Origin: a candidate division FCPU426 bacterium
GTDB lineage: Bacteria > Oederibacteriota > Muellerivitia > Muellerivitales > Muellerivitaceae
Reading direction: 5' to 3'
DNA: 64,000 nt
Assembly: GCA_963771075.1 (NCBI GenBank)
Contig: CAVYSE010000020.1
Location: forward strand, 79,651-143,650
In this document: positions 1 to 9,841 of the stretch, piece after piece
Numbering within the stretch: position 1 is the stretch's first letter
Layout: each line of letters starts with the position of its first letter
Program-made: the position numbers and the translations under genes
The notes under the pieces: model-generated
Told to the model about the DNA's origin: nothing
Databases searched by the model: none
The model's input: the letters and a program-made list of their open reading frames with translations, nothing else

Positions 1-1
1 C

Positions 2-829
2 TCCAAAAAGAAACCCAAGTCCAAAAAAGCCACAACGGCCTGGGATCGGGTCCAACTGGCCCGCCACGCCCAAAGACCTTTCATGATGGACTATATTCCA
101 CGTATTTTTCACGAGTTCGTGGAAGTGCATGGAGACCGTGCTTTTGGCGACGACCCGGCCATGGTCACGGGCTTCGCCCTGCTGGAGGGCCTGCCGGTAG
201 CGGTAGTGGGCCAGCAAAAGGGGCACGATACCAAGGAAAATATCCGTAGAAATTTCGGCATGTCCCAGCCGGAGGGCTACCGTAAGGCCTTGCGGGTGAT
301 GAAATTGGCCGAGAAATTCCATAAACCCATCATCACCTTTATCGACACGGCTGGGGCCTATCCTGGATTGGGCGGGGAAGAAAGGGGACAGGCGGAAGCC
401 ATCGCCCGAAACCTCCTGGAAATGGCGAAACTGAAAACCCCTATTATCTCGATCATTCTGGGCGAGGGCGGAAGCGGTGGAGCCATTGGAATCGGCGTGG
501 CCAACAAAGTACTCATGATGGAAAACGCCTGGTATTCGGTGATCTCGCCCGAGGGTTGCGCGGCCATCCTTTGGAATGACCGGGAAAAGATCCAGCAAGC
601 TTCAGAGGTTTTAAGGCTTTCGGCGCCGGACCTCATGAGATTTAAGGTCATCGATGAGATCATCCCAGAACCCGTGGGCGGCGCCCAGTTAGATCACGAG
701 AAAACATCTGCCACACTGAAAACCGCCATCTTGAAACATTTAAGACCACTCTTGAAATTGAGCCCCAAAGCTCTCGAGGAACAACGCTACAAAAAGTTTC
801 GTGCAATGGGTCAAATTAAAGAAAAGTAA
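2..829 (+). CDS. accA: Acetyl-CoA carboxylase carboxyltransferase alpha subunit (5' end outside window)
   Basis: Frame open from base 2 (...AWDRVQLARH); motifs HGDRAFGDD, RNFGM, GYRKALR, FIDTAGAYPG, GEGGSGGA, YSVISPEGCA. Confidence 0.97.
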   Translation, partial: SKKKPKSKKATTAWDRVQLARHAQRPFMMDYIPRIFHEFVEVHGDRAFGDDPAMVTGFALLEGLPVAVVGQQKGHDTKENIRRNFGMSQPEGYRKALRVMKLAEKFHKPIITFIDTAGAYPGLGGEERGQAEAIARNLLEMAKLKTPIISIILGEGGSGGAIGIGVANKVLMMENAWYSVISPEGCAAILWNDREKIQQASEVLRLSAPDLMRFKVIDEIIPEPVGGAQLDHEKTSATLKTAILKHLRPLLKLSPKALEEQRYKKFRAMGQIKEK

Positions 830-871
830 CCGTCCCAACATGTTTGTTGCCCAAAGAAACCAAAATCAAAA

Positions 872-1675
872 ATGAACACACTCCGGCAACCAGAAAAACC
901 CATCTTGCTATACAGCCCAATGAAGATTTCTTTTTTTATTCATCTTATCCTTATTTCAACCGCTTTTTGCCTCATGGCTCCGAATGGGGTTTTAGCAGGT
1001 CCACGGATTGTGCTTTATGCGGCGCATGGAGGAGATGACACGGGCGTCAGCGGCAAGGGACAACTTGAGAAAACATGGAACCTGAAAGTGGCCCAGTCCC
1101 TGCAAAAGGCTTTGTCGGCGGACGGGTTTGACGTGGTGATGGTGCGAACCAAGGATGAATCCATTCCAGACGATCAATGGGTGGCCCAGGCCAATGGATC
1201 GGGTGCGGGAGCCGTTTTGGTGATCCACGCCGAACGGGAATGGACAGGCCAAATGAGCGGTCCCCTTGCCGTAGTGGAACCCCCCACGAGCATGAACACC
1301 CCGGAAACCCAAGGAATTCAGCGATGGGGATCCATCCCCGTTTCCCGCTTCCGACAGAGTTTGCGGCTCGCCAAGGCCCTGACCCAGGCTTGGGGGAAAA
1401 ACGCCCAGCTTTCCAACCTGTCCGACAGCCGGGCCCTGCCGGGCGAAAGCATTTCACCGGACGGGAGGGTCCTAGCCTGCGCCCACCAATCCCTTCGCTA
1501 CTTGATCCTTCCGGCCGTGGTAATTGAACCCCTCTTTTTGACTTCTTCTCAGGATCTCAAACGCATGTCGAACGATGAGGGGCTGCAAGATTTCGTATCG
1601 AAAACGGCGCTGGGACTTCATTCTTTTTTTTCAGATGTACCCTTGAAAGGTTTTACGAATGGTTTTAGAGATTAA
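872..1675 (+). CDS. N-acetylmuramoyl-L-alanine amidase (Amidase_3 family), exported; start uncertain
   Basis: Hydrophobic signal; AAHGGDD, EKxxNLxVA, VIHAE and PAVVIE motifs supply the H/E/H/E residues. Confidence 0.8.
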   Translation: MNTLRQPEKPILLYSPMKISFFIHLILISTAFCLMAPNGVLAGPRIVLYAAHGGDDTGVSGKGQLEKTWNLKVAQSLQKALSADGFDVVMVRTKDESIPDDQWVAQANGSGAGAVLVIHAEREWTGQMSGPLAVVEPPTSMNTPETQGIQRWGSIPVSRFRQSLRLAKALTQAWGKNAQLSNLSDSRALPGESISPDGRVLACAHQSLRYLILPAVVIEPLFLTSSQDLKRMSNDEGLQDFVSKTALGLHSFFSDVPLKGFTNGFRD

Positions 1676-2303
1676 ACCCAAATACGGACCGTCCATCCGA
1701 CGCGGTTTGATCGCTTGGCTTTTTCTAGGCCTTGGCCTTACCACACTGGTGGCGTTTAGTTGGTGGAAATGGAAGCACCACGTCGCATCGGCTCCGATCC
1801 AACTTGCGGGGCAGCCATTGGAGCAAACCCCGCTCTTTAACCCCCATGACAAGCCCATGACGATCGTGCTGAAGGGTTGGGATATCGAATCGGGTCGTGT
1901 GGTGGGTTTCAAAACGGTGATTCATCAAAGTAAGAACCGATACAACCAGATCAAACAGGCGGTTTTGGCCTTTTTGCATGGTCCCCGGCAAGGAAAGATC
2001 CAGGTGCCCGTTCCAGAGGGGATGGAGCTCAACCAGCTTTACCTGACACCGGAGGGTCTGGCGGCCGTGGACCTCGAAATGGATGGGGTTCAGGATGACG
2101 CCTTCGGATTCTTTGAGGAGGTCCTCTTCGTGAGGACTTTGATCGGATCCCTGTCTAGTAATTTTTTCGAGGTGAAACAGGTGAAAATCCTGGTGGACGG
2201 GAAAGACGCCCCTTTAATGGCGGGGCATTACGCCCTGGGCACATCCGAGGTCAATGTACCACTGGCCGCATCCAAACCAAAAGTTCCCACCAACATTCCC
2301 TAA
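1659..2303 (+). CDS. GerMN-domain membrane protein
   Basis: One N-terminal TM; LHGP, AAVDL, VKQVKILVDG and MAGHY patterns; usual neighbour of Amidase_3 genes. Confidence 0.75.
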   Translation: MVLEIKPKYGPSIRRGLIAWLFLGLGLTTLVAFSWWKWKHHVASAPIQLAGQPLEQTPLFNPHDKPMTIVLKGWDIESGRVVGFKTVIHQSKNRYNQIKQAVLAFLHGPRQGKIQVPVPEGMELNQLYLTPEGLAAVDLEMDGVQDDAFGFFEEVLFVRTLIGSLSSNFFEVKQVKILVDGKDAPLMAGHYALGTSEVNVPLAASKPKVPTNIP

Positions 2304-2322
2304 AAGGGAAGGCTTGTTTAAC

Positions 2323-2351
2323 TTGCAAAGGGCCAAAAACCCCGTTATTTT
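2323..2351 (+). promoter_or_regulatory. Putative sigma70 promoter of valS
   Basis: TTGCAA-N17-TATTTT upstream of ATG 2384. Confidence 0.4.
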
Positions 2352-2383
2352 CATTGGCTCAACCCCGTTTCCCAGGAATAAAA

Positions 2384-5035
2384 ATGGAAAACCAACCCGA
2401 AAACCAATTGCCAAGCGCCTATAACCCCAAAGAAGTGGAAGACCGCTGGTATCAGGTATGGGAAAAATCCGGGGACTTTACCGCTGATGCTTCCTCCCTC
2501 AAGCCGCACTTCACCATGGTCATTCCCCCGCCGAACGTGACGGGAAGCCTGCACATGGGCCATGCCCTCAACAATAGCCTTCAAGACCTGGTGGCCCGGT
2601 ACCGCCGAATGAACGGGTTCGATGTTCTTTGGCTTCCGGGCTGCGACCACGCCGGGATCGCCACCCAAAACGTGGTTGAGAAGGAACTGAAAAAAGAGGG
2701 CAAGAACCGCAATGACCTGGGCCGGGAAGCCTTTGTGGAACGAACCTGGAAATGGAAAGAGCAATATGGCGCCACCATTATGCGTCAATTGCGCAAACTG
2801 GGTTCTTCCTGCGATTGGAGCCGAGAACGCTTCACGATGGATGAAGGTCTGTCCAAGGCGGTGCGCCAGGTTTTTGTGACACTCTACAATGAGAAATTGA
2901 TCCAACAGGATTACTACCTCATCAACTGGTGCCCCCGTTGCCAAACCGCCCTTTCGGACATCGAGGTGGAACACAAGACACTGGAAGGCGCCTTTTTCCA
3001 CCTGCGTTACCCCTTCGCGGATGATCCCTCAAATGGACTGGAAGTGGCCACAACTAGGCCGGAGACGCTTCTAGGGGACACGGCTGTGGCCGTGCACCCT
3101 GAGGATGATCGGTATACGAAACTGGGGGGGAAAAGCGTGATCTTGCCGCTTTTAAACCGCCCCATCCCCATTGTGGTCGATACCTATGTGGACCGCGCCT
3201 TTGGGACGGGCGTTGTGAAGATCACCCCGGCCCACGACTTCAATGATTTCCAGGTGGGGAACCGCCACAAGCTGGAGCGAATTAACATTCTCAACCCCGA
3301 CGGGACCCTAAACGAGAACGCGGGGCCTTATAAGGGCATGGACCGTTTCGAAGCCCGCAAGAAAATCGTGGCCGACCTGGAAGCCCAGGGACTTTTGCTA
3401 AAAGTGGAACCCCATGAGCATAACGTGGGCCATTGCTACCGTTGCCAGACGGTAGTGGAGCCTTATTTCTCCAAACAATGGTTCATGCGGATGAAGCCCT
3501 TGGCGGAGGTAGCTCTTAAGGCGGTAGAAGAAGGGAAAACGAAATTCGTACCCGAGATGTGGCGAACGGAATATGAACGTTGGTTGGGCGGCATCCAGGA
3601 TTGGTGCATCAGCCGGCAGATATGGTGGGGGCACCGCATTCCTGTTTACACCTGCGAGAATTGTAATCACCAATTCGCATCGGTTGAGACTCCGACGGCC
3701 TGTCCTCAATGTTCCCAAACGAAGTTGGCGCAGGATCCGGATGTTTTGGATACCTGGTTTTCCTCCGGCCTTTGGCCCTTTTCCACCCTGGGTTGGCCTG
3801 AAAATGCCAAGGACCTGGCCACTTTCTATCCGACCAACCTTTTAGTTACGAGCTGGGACATCCTTACGTTTTGGGTATCCCGGATGATGATGTTGGGATT
3901 GAAATTCATGGGCCAGGTCCCTTTTAAAGAAGTCTACATCCACTCCCTCGTGGCCGATGAGGAGGGAAAGAAGATGAGCAAATCCAAGGGCAATGTGGTG
4001 GATCCCCTGCTCATGATCGAAAAATACGGCACCGACGCCCTGCGATTCACCATGATGAGCATTGAGACCCGCCAGCGATATGTGGCATTGACTCCGCAGA
4101 GGCTTGAATCTTCCCGCAATTTCGTGAACAAGCTCTACAACGCCACGCGGTTTGTGTTGATGACTCTGCCCAAGGACCAGCCCGCGCCGACCATAGATTT
4201 GAAGAACCTGGCGTTGGAAGACAGATGGATTCTCTCCCGCCTTTCCCAAACCATCGCCGAAGTTACCATGGATTACGAGAAATACCGGGTGGCGGAGTTG
4301 GCCCAGATCCTTTACCGCTTTTTATGGAACGAAGTCTGCGATTGGTACTTAGAGGCGGTTAAACACCGTCTATATAACGAGGCGGACCCGGCTGAAAGGG
4401 ACCGGGCCCAGGGCGTGCTGGTGTCCGTTCTGGACGCTGTGCTGAGGCTTTTGCATCCGGCCATGCCCTTTGTAACGGAAGAACTTTGGTCCCGCCTTCC
4501 AGGCAAAACCCAATCCATCATGAAGGCTCCCTGGCCGAAACCGGGGGACTATCCGGTCGATGAGAACGCCATATTGCGATTTGAGTTTTTGAAGGAAGTG
4601 GTGACGGCGGTGAGAACCAGCCGAAGCGAGCTGAATATTCCCCCGGCAGGCCACTTGAAAATTTTCATGAAGGGAGACAAGCTTCAATTCGCCCCCCATT
4701 CGCCCGAAACCGCCCTGTTAAAGGCTTTGGCCCGGGTTTCAGAAACCGTTCCGGCGGCCGAACGCCCGCCTAAAACCGCCCTGGCGGTGGTGAAGGGCGG
4801 GGAAATTTACCTGCACCTGGAGGGTCTGATCGACCTGAAGGCGGAGGCGGCCAAACAGCAGAAGGAACGGGTGAAACTTCAAAACTATGTGAAGTCTATC
4901 GAGGGAAAACTCTCCAATGACCAGTTTGTTCGAAACGCCCCCACCCAGTTGGTCGAGGGCGAAAAGGCCAAACTAATGGAAACCCAGGAAAAAATCGCCC
5001 GCATCGAGGGCAACCTGAATTTCCTCGAGAATTGA
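2384..5035 (+). CDS. valS: Valyl-tRNA synthetase
   Basis: PPPNVTGSLHMGH, DHAGIATQ, DWCISRQIWWGH, KMSKS, C-terminal coiled coil; ATG 2384 preferred over TTG 2354. Confidence 0.98.
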   Translation: MENQPENQLPSAYNPKEVEDRWYQVWEKSGDFTADASSLKPHFTMVIPPPNVTGSLHMGHALNNSLQDLVARYRRMNGFDVLWLPGCDHAGIATQNVVEKELKKEGKNRNDLGREAFVERTWKWKEQYGATIMRQLRKLGSSCDWSRERFTMDEGLSKAVRQVFVTLYNEKLIQQDYYLINWCPRCQTALSDIEVEHKTLEGAFFHLRYPFADDPSNGLEVATTRPETLLGDTAVAVHPEDDRYTKLGGKSVILPLLNRPIPIVVDTYVDRAFGTGVVKITPAHDFNDFQVGNRHKLERINILNPDGTLNENAGPYKGMDRFEARKKIVADLEAQGLLLKVEPHEHNVGHCYRCQTVVEPYFSKQWFMRMKPLAEVALKAVEEGKTKFVPEMWRTEYERWLGGIQDWCISRQIWWGHRIPVYTCENCNHQFASVETPTACPQCSQTKLAQDPDVLDTWFSSGLWPFSTLGWPENAKDLATFYPTNLLVTSWDILTFWVSRMMMLGLKFMGQVPFKEVYIHSLVADEEGKKMSKSKGNVVDPLLMIEKYGTDALRFTMMSIETRQRYVALTPQRLESSRNFVNKLYNATRFVLMTLPKDQPAPTIDLKNLALEDRWILSRLSQTIAEVTMDYEKYRVAELAQILYRFLWNEVCDWYLEAVKHRLYNEADPAERDRAQGVLVSVLDAVLRLLHPAMPFVTEELWSRLPGKTQSIMKAPWPKPGDYPVDENAILRFEFLKEVVTAVRTSRSELNIPPAGHLKIFMKGDKLQFAPHSPETALLKALARVSETVPAAERPPKTALAVVKGGEIYLHLEGLIDLKAEAAKQQKERVKLQNYVKSIEGKLSNDQFVRNAPTQLVEGEKAKLMETQEKIARIEGNLNFLEN

Positions 5036-5042
5036 GCCCGCG

Positions 5043-5894
5043 TTGAAACCCAACATCACCTGGAATCAAGTTCGTCCGCTCCTTCGCCAGGCTCTGGAGG
5101 AAGACGGAGCCTTTGCCGACCGAACCACTTTTTCCACCGTACCAGCAAATGTGAAGTCCCGGGGGAAAATTCTTGCCAAGCAGGACGGCGTCCTGGCGGG
5201 ATTGCCCATCGTCGAAGCGATTTTCAAACTAGTTGATAAGAATTGCCGGGTCGTCTTTCGGGTGAAAGAGGGCGCCAAGGTGCGATCCGGAGCAAGGATA
5301 TTGACCTTTTCCGGCCCGGCTCGGGCCTTTCTATCGGGTGAACGGACCGCTCTTAACTTCTTAAGCCGCCTTTCGGGTATCGCCACGCTGACCCGGCAAA
5401 TGCGAAATTTGATAGGAACCGACAAGCTTTATGATACACGCAAGACGACGCCCTTGTTGCGGCCCCTGGAGCGCTACGCGGTAAGGGTGGGCGGGGGTCG
5501 AAATCACCGGTATAACCTACGGGGCCACGTCTTGGTTAAGGACAACCATATCAAGCTTGGCGGCGGGGTTTACCAATGTGTCATGAACGCCCGGAAGAAA
5601 TACGGGCCGAAGGAATTCATCGAGGCGGAAGTGGAAACTTTTGAAGAAGCCGCAGATGCCCTTCGGGCGGGCGCGGACCTGTTGCTGGTGGATAATTCTT
5701 CGCCGACCCTGGTGAAGAGGGTCCTGAAGCTGGTGAAGGGGAAGGCCCAAGTGGAAATTTCCGGCGGGCTCACCCGCTCGACCATTACCCGGTTCAAGGG
5801 TCTGAAGGTGGACCGTTTTTCCTCGGGCGCACTGACCCATTCGGCTCCTTCCATTGATTTTTCACTTGAAATGGAAAACTTTGAACAATTCTAA
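5043..5894 (+). CDS. nadC: Quinolinate phosphoribosyltransferase
   Basis: ERTALNFL, SGIAT, DTRKTTP, NHR, KDNH, EISGG, GALTHSA. Confidence 0.96.
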   Translation: MKPNITWNQVRPLLRQALEEDGAFADRTTFSTVPANVKSRGKILAKQDGVLAGLPIVEAIFKLVDKNCRVVFRVKEGAKVRSGARILTFSGPARAFLSGERTALNFLSRLSGIATLTRQMRNLIGTDKLYDTRKTTPLLRPLERYAVRVGGGRNHRYNLRGHVLVKDNHIKLGGGVYQCVMNARKKYGPKEFIEAEVETFEEAADALRAGADLLLVDNSSPTLVKRVLKLVKGKAQVEISGGLTRSTITRFKGLKVDRFSSGALTHSAPSIDFSLEMENFEQF

Positions 5895-6738
5895 AAACTA
5901 CCCAAAGGCCCTGACGCCTGAAACCTTGCGCAAAGGACTCTCCACCCGTTTTTTCGGCAAACCTTTCTATTGTTTTAATGAGCTGACTTCAACCAATGAT
6001 CTGGCCTCCGAGTTGGCCCGGGGCGGAGCTTCCGAGGGAACGACGATCCTGGCGGAAATCCAAACCAAGGGGAGAGGCCGGCATGGGCGCAAATGGGTAT
6101 CCCAACCCGGCAAATCCCTGACCTTTTCGATCGTCTTGAGACCCACCCTTTCCCAGGATCGTTTCGGTGAATTGACCCTAACTGCCGCCGTGGGAGTGGC
6201 GAGGGCACTGGAAAAATTCGGATTCCACCCCGCCATCAAATGGCCCAATGATGTACTCCTGTCCGGACGCAAGGTCTGTGGCATTTTGACCGAAACCGGC
6301 CCTAAAAAAGATAAAATGACATCGGCGATCTTGGGTATCGGCTTGAATCTTTCCCAGGTCCTGAAGAATTTCCCTCTTGAATTAAGGGAAACCGCGACTA
6401 GTTTGAGAATGCAAACGAAAGGAAAGATTCCGCCCCGGGAAGTGCTTCTGCAACAAATCATGCATCAGTTGGAGGAGTCTTACGAGTGGGTCAAGGAAGG
6501 GAAATTCCACCGGGTGTTAACGGAATGGCGGAAACGGTCAAGCCTTACCGGTAAACAAGTGCGGGTCGTTTTAAGTGGCCGGTCCATCTATGCCCAGGTG
6601 TTGGACGTGGACGAGCGGGGGGCCTTATTGGTGCGCACCGATGTGGGCACAGTGGAAAAATTGACGGCAGGGGAAGTGGAGACCTTACGGTTGAAACCCT
6701 CCGGACCCGTCGCGCGAATGAAAAGCAAGGAATCCTAA
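5881..6738 (+). CDS. birA: Biotin--protein ligase lacking the N-terminal HTH; start uncertain
   Basis: STND, QTKGRGR, KWPND, KVCGILTE, GIGLN. Confidence 0.92.
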   Translation: MNNSKNYPKALTPETLRKGLSTRFFGKPFYCFNELTSTNDLASELARGGASEGTTILAEIQTKGRGRHGRKWVSQPGKSLTFSIVLRPTLSQDRFGELTLTAAVGVARALEKFGFHPAIKWPNDVLLSGRKVCGILTETGPKKDKMTSAILGIGLNLSQVLKNFPLELRETATSLRMQTKGKIPPREVLLQQIMHQLEESYEWVKEGKFHRVLTEWRKRSSLTGKQVRVVLSGRSIYAQVLDVDERGALLVRTDVGTVEKLTAGEVETLRLKPSGPVARMKSKES

Positions 6739-7491
6739 ATGCTTAGCGCCGTTGACATCGGCAATAGCCGGGTTGTCACAGGATTGGTAAGGGGCCGAAA
6801 GGTCCATCATAAGATCATTCTACCGACCCGGGACCTGCTGATCCCGGGCAAGGCCCATCGTTGGGCCCAGAGCCTCAAAAGGGCTTGGGGATGGCAGGAT
6901 TCGGTCGTTTCCAGTGTGGTACCCAGTGTCGACGAAAACGTACGGAAAGCCCTTACTGAAACATTCCGAAAACCGCCTCTCTTTGTGGACGTTCGGAGAG
7001 ATCCGGGGCTGCCAGTGCATTATAAAAATCCTTCCGAAATCGGGGCTGACCGGGTGATCAACGGTCTCGCCGCGAGGAAACTCTATGGGGCTCCCGTCAT
7101 CGTGGTGGATTATGGCACGGCCACCACTTTCGACATCGTTGACAGCCGGGGGGGGTACCATGGGGGGGTGATCCTTCCTGGAGTGGGTATATCCCTCCAA
7201 GCCTTGCATGAAAAAACGGCCAAACTCCCCTTGGTTCCCTTTGCAAAAGTCAAAAATCCCATTGGGTTGACCACACAGGAAGGCATTCGTTCCGGGATCT
7301 ATTTTGGAACCCTTGGCGCGACCCGTGAAATACTGCGGGGTATCCGCAAGCAATTGCGGCGACAGGCTCCCGCCGTGGCTACCGGTGGATGGTGCGAGGT
7401 GTTTCGTGGGACAAGCCTTTTCCGGCGTATCAACCCGGACCTGACGCTGATTGGCCTCTCTCTTTATTGGAATGAACGGAACCATGGCTAA
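6739..7491 (+). CDS. coaX: Type III pantothenate kinase
   Basis: VDIGNS, SSVVP, IGADR, VVDYGTATT, GGVILPG, VATGG. Confidence 0.95.
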   Translation: MLSAVDIGNSRVVTGLVRGRKVHHKIILPTRDLLIPGKAHRWAQSLKRAWGWQDSVVSSVVPSVDENVRKALTETFRKPPLFVDVRRDPGLPVHYKNPSEIGADRVINGLAARKLYGAPVIVVDYGTATTFDIVDSRGGYHGGVILPGVGISLQALHEKTAKLPLVPFAKVKNPIGLTTQEGIRSGIYFGTLGATREILRGIRKQLRRQAPAVATGGWCEVFRGTSLFRRINPDLTLIGLSLYWNERNHG

Positions 7492-9841
7492 TATCGAACA
7501 ACTGGCCGCCGAGGAAGAAGCCATTTTCAACATGCGGCGCAGGGAATGGACTAGGCGTTTTTTTATCTTTTTTGGATTTGGCGCCTTTTTCGCGGGCTGG
7601 GGCCTTTTCGCCGCGGGACGACAGGGCCCAGGTGCGCTGGTGATTCTCCTCTCGTTCCTGGTTTTTGGCGGCCTCCTTGGGTTATTCGGCCTATGGGGTA
7701 AGACGAACGCCTACACACTCCTGGCGGCGCTGTCGGCGGGGTCTGCGGCATTTCTGCTTTATCATTTCAGCCATTGTCCTTTTTTCTTTTGGGGGGCGGA
7801 CCCGAACTTTTGGCTTTCCGTACACGCGGGAGCGGTCACCGATCCGCCCTGGACTCCCTTGGCCACCCTATTGGGTCAAGCGGCGTGTTATTTGTTTCCC
7901 CGTTACCGCTTCAGCCTTCTTCCCGAGCTTTCCTCCATCATGATGGCATTGGCGGTCATGATGACGCTGTTACAGTTATTCCAACAGCTTCGCAACCAGA
8001 ACCTTTTAAACGGGCTGGTGGTGTTTTTGCTGACCCTGGTTTTGGCGGTGAGCAAACCCTGGTGGGACGCGGCCACATTGGGGTCGGGCTTGATTGTATC
8101 CCTTGGACTATCCTTGGCCATCTTACAGAGGGGCCTTTTGCGCATGGAGGAAAAACCATGGGGAGCGTTGCACATGATACTGGGGTTACTTTTTTCCACC
8201 CATCCCCTTTGGGGTATATGGGGGGCCTTTGTCCATATCACCCATTTGGAGACGGCCAACCCCCGTTTTTCCACCACCATCCCACCCTTGACGGCAGGTT
8301 TTTCCCCTTACCTATGGGTCCTGTTCCGCACGGGAAAGTATTTTCCTTCCTGGGGGGGTAATGATCCATTCGGCCAATCCCTCAGGGACTGGCGCAAGAT
8401 ATGGGATCATCATTTTTTAACTGATTGGAACGGGAGGGAGGCCCTTTCCCAATTGGGGGGAACGGTTGGAGTTCTTTTCCTAATGATGGTTTTCCTCTGG
8501 ATTTTACATTTCATCGCTTGGACTTCGGGAAGAAGACTTACAACCAGCCCCGCCGAAGCTTGGTCCCTCGTTCTGGCCTGCGGTTTGGGAATTTTATTTT
8601 TCACCCTTTCAGGTCATCAAACCGCATGCCTTGCCGCCTGGGTACCACTGGGCCTGGGTTCCATGATCCTGACCTACTCCCAAAAAGGTTTGGAAAAAAC
8701 AACCTCGAGTCTTTTTTCCGGGGGATTCCTAGCGGCGTTGATGGGCGCATTGTTCTTGCTGGCGGGCATGATCGCTTTCGGTCAGGGCCAGAATTGCTGG
8801 AGACAAAAAAAAGATTTTCCCCTTCAACACGCTTTTAACCTGCTTCGATCTCTGGAGCAAAGGACGACATTTTTCCTGGAGGACCCCTTCGAGGCGGCCG
8901 CCTGCCGGGAAGCCATGCTCATGGAACCCCTTCGTACGCAAGTGGTTTTGCTGGATGTGAAAGATTTGGACCAACGTTGGTATGCCTCCCAGTGTTTTCA
9001 ACAGGTTCCGGAACTTCTTTGGTCCTCCCTTTCCTCCTCTCCCTGGGAGGAGTTGGTTAGCCTCGTCAAGGCCAACTCGGGGGATTGGAGCCTACAGTGG
9101 GGACTTTCCCAGATGCCGGTTTCTTGGAGTGGACCCCCCGCCGAACCAACAGTCCTCACCCTGCAATTTAAGGGAAATGGAAGCAAAGGAATACAGCCGG
9201 AAGAAGCCCAATACCGTCTGGATCTATCCTCCCTGCCCCATGAAGGCGCGGTGGAACCCCAGGAGGAACCTTATCTACAAAGATACGTCCAGGGTTTTGA
9301 GGCCCTGGGCCGATATCTTTTATCTCAAAACCGGTTTTCATTATCGATCAAGGCATTGGAACGCGCGGCCAATTTGGACCCAAGCTGGGATGAACCCCGT
9401 ATCCTCCTGAGCCAAATCTACTCCCAAGACAACGTGTTGGAAGCAGCTCGGTTGGAAATGGAAAAAACCGTGAAAGATCATCCCGCACGGATTCGGATTC
9501 TCATGGCGAAGGTGGAGGAAGCACAGAAAAAGGCGGATGAGCCAAAAACTGTGGCTTTGTTGGATGAAATGATCCACCTCAACTCTGAGTTGTCCGATGC
9601 CGAGTACCATTTGTCCCTCATCTACGATAAATTGGGCTATCCGGAAAAGGCCAAGAACCTTTTAGAAGCCTCAGTTCAACTGAATCCGCAAAAGGTGGAT
9701 GCCCAGTTGAGTTACGGGAAATGGATGGCCAAACTCGGCAATAGATTGAATGCCGAAGAAGCTTTCCGCTCCGTCCTTGCGGTGGACCCGGTCAACAAGG
9801 AAGCACAGGTGGAATTGTGGAAGCTCCTGAACCAGCCATAG
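7484..9841 (+). CDS. Polytopic membrane protein, degenerate DUF2723/TMEM260-like, with C-terminal TPRs
   Basis: Many TM segments; DPPWTPLxxLLG resembles HPPGYPLxxLL; SPYL..R...PSWG matches the next gene; TPR helices near the C-terminus. Confidence 0.6.
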   Translation: MANIEQLAAEEEAIFNMRRREWTRRFFIFFGFGAFFAGWGLFAAGRQGPGALVILLSFLVFGGLLGLFGLWGKTNAYTLLAALSAGSAAFLLYHFSHCPFFFWGADPNFWLSVHAGAVTDPPWTPLATLLGQAACYLFPRYRFSLLPELSSIMMALAVMMTLLQLFQQLRNQNLLNGLVVFLLTLVLAVSKPWWDAATLGSGLIVSLGLSLAILQRGLLRMEEKPWGALHMILGLLFSTHPLWGIWGAFVHITHLETANPRFSTTIPPLTAGFSPYLWVLFRTGKYFPSWGGNDPFGQSLRDWRKIWDHHFLTDWNGREALSQLGGTVGVLFLMMVFLWILHFIAWTSGRRLTTSPAEAWSLVLACGLGILFFTLSGHQTACLAAWVPLGLGSMILTYSQKGLEKTTSSLFSGGFLAALMGALFLLAGMIAFGQGQNCWRQKKDFPLQHAFNLLRSLEQRTTFFLEDPFEAAACREAMLMEPLRTQVVLLDVKDLDQRWYASQCFQQVPELLWSSLSSSPWEELVSLVKANSGDWSLQWGLSQMPVSWSGPPAEPTVLTLQFKGNGSKGIQPEEAQYRLDLSSLPHEGAVEPQEEPYLQRYVQGFEALGRYLLSQNRFSLSIKALERAANLDPSWDEPRILLSQIYSQDNVLEAARLEMEKTVKDHPARIRILMAKVEEAQKKADEPKTVALLDEMIHLNSELSDAEYHLSLIYDKLGYPEKAKNLLEASVQLNPQKVDAQLSYGKWMAKLGNRLNAEEAFRSVLAVDPVNKEAQVELWKLLNQP

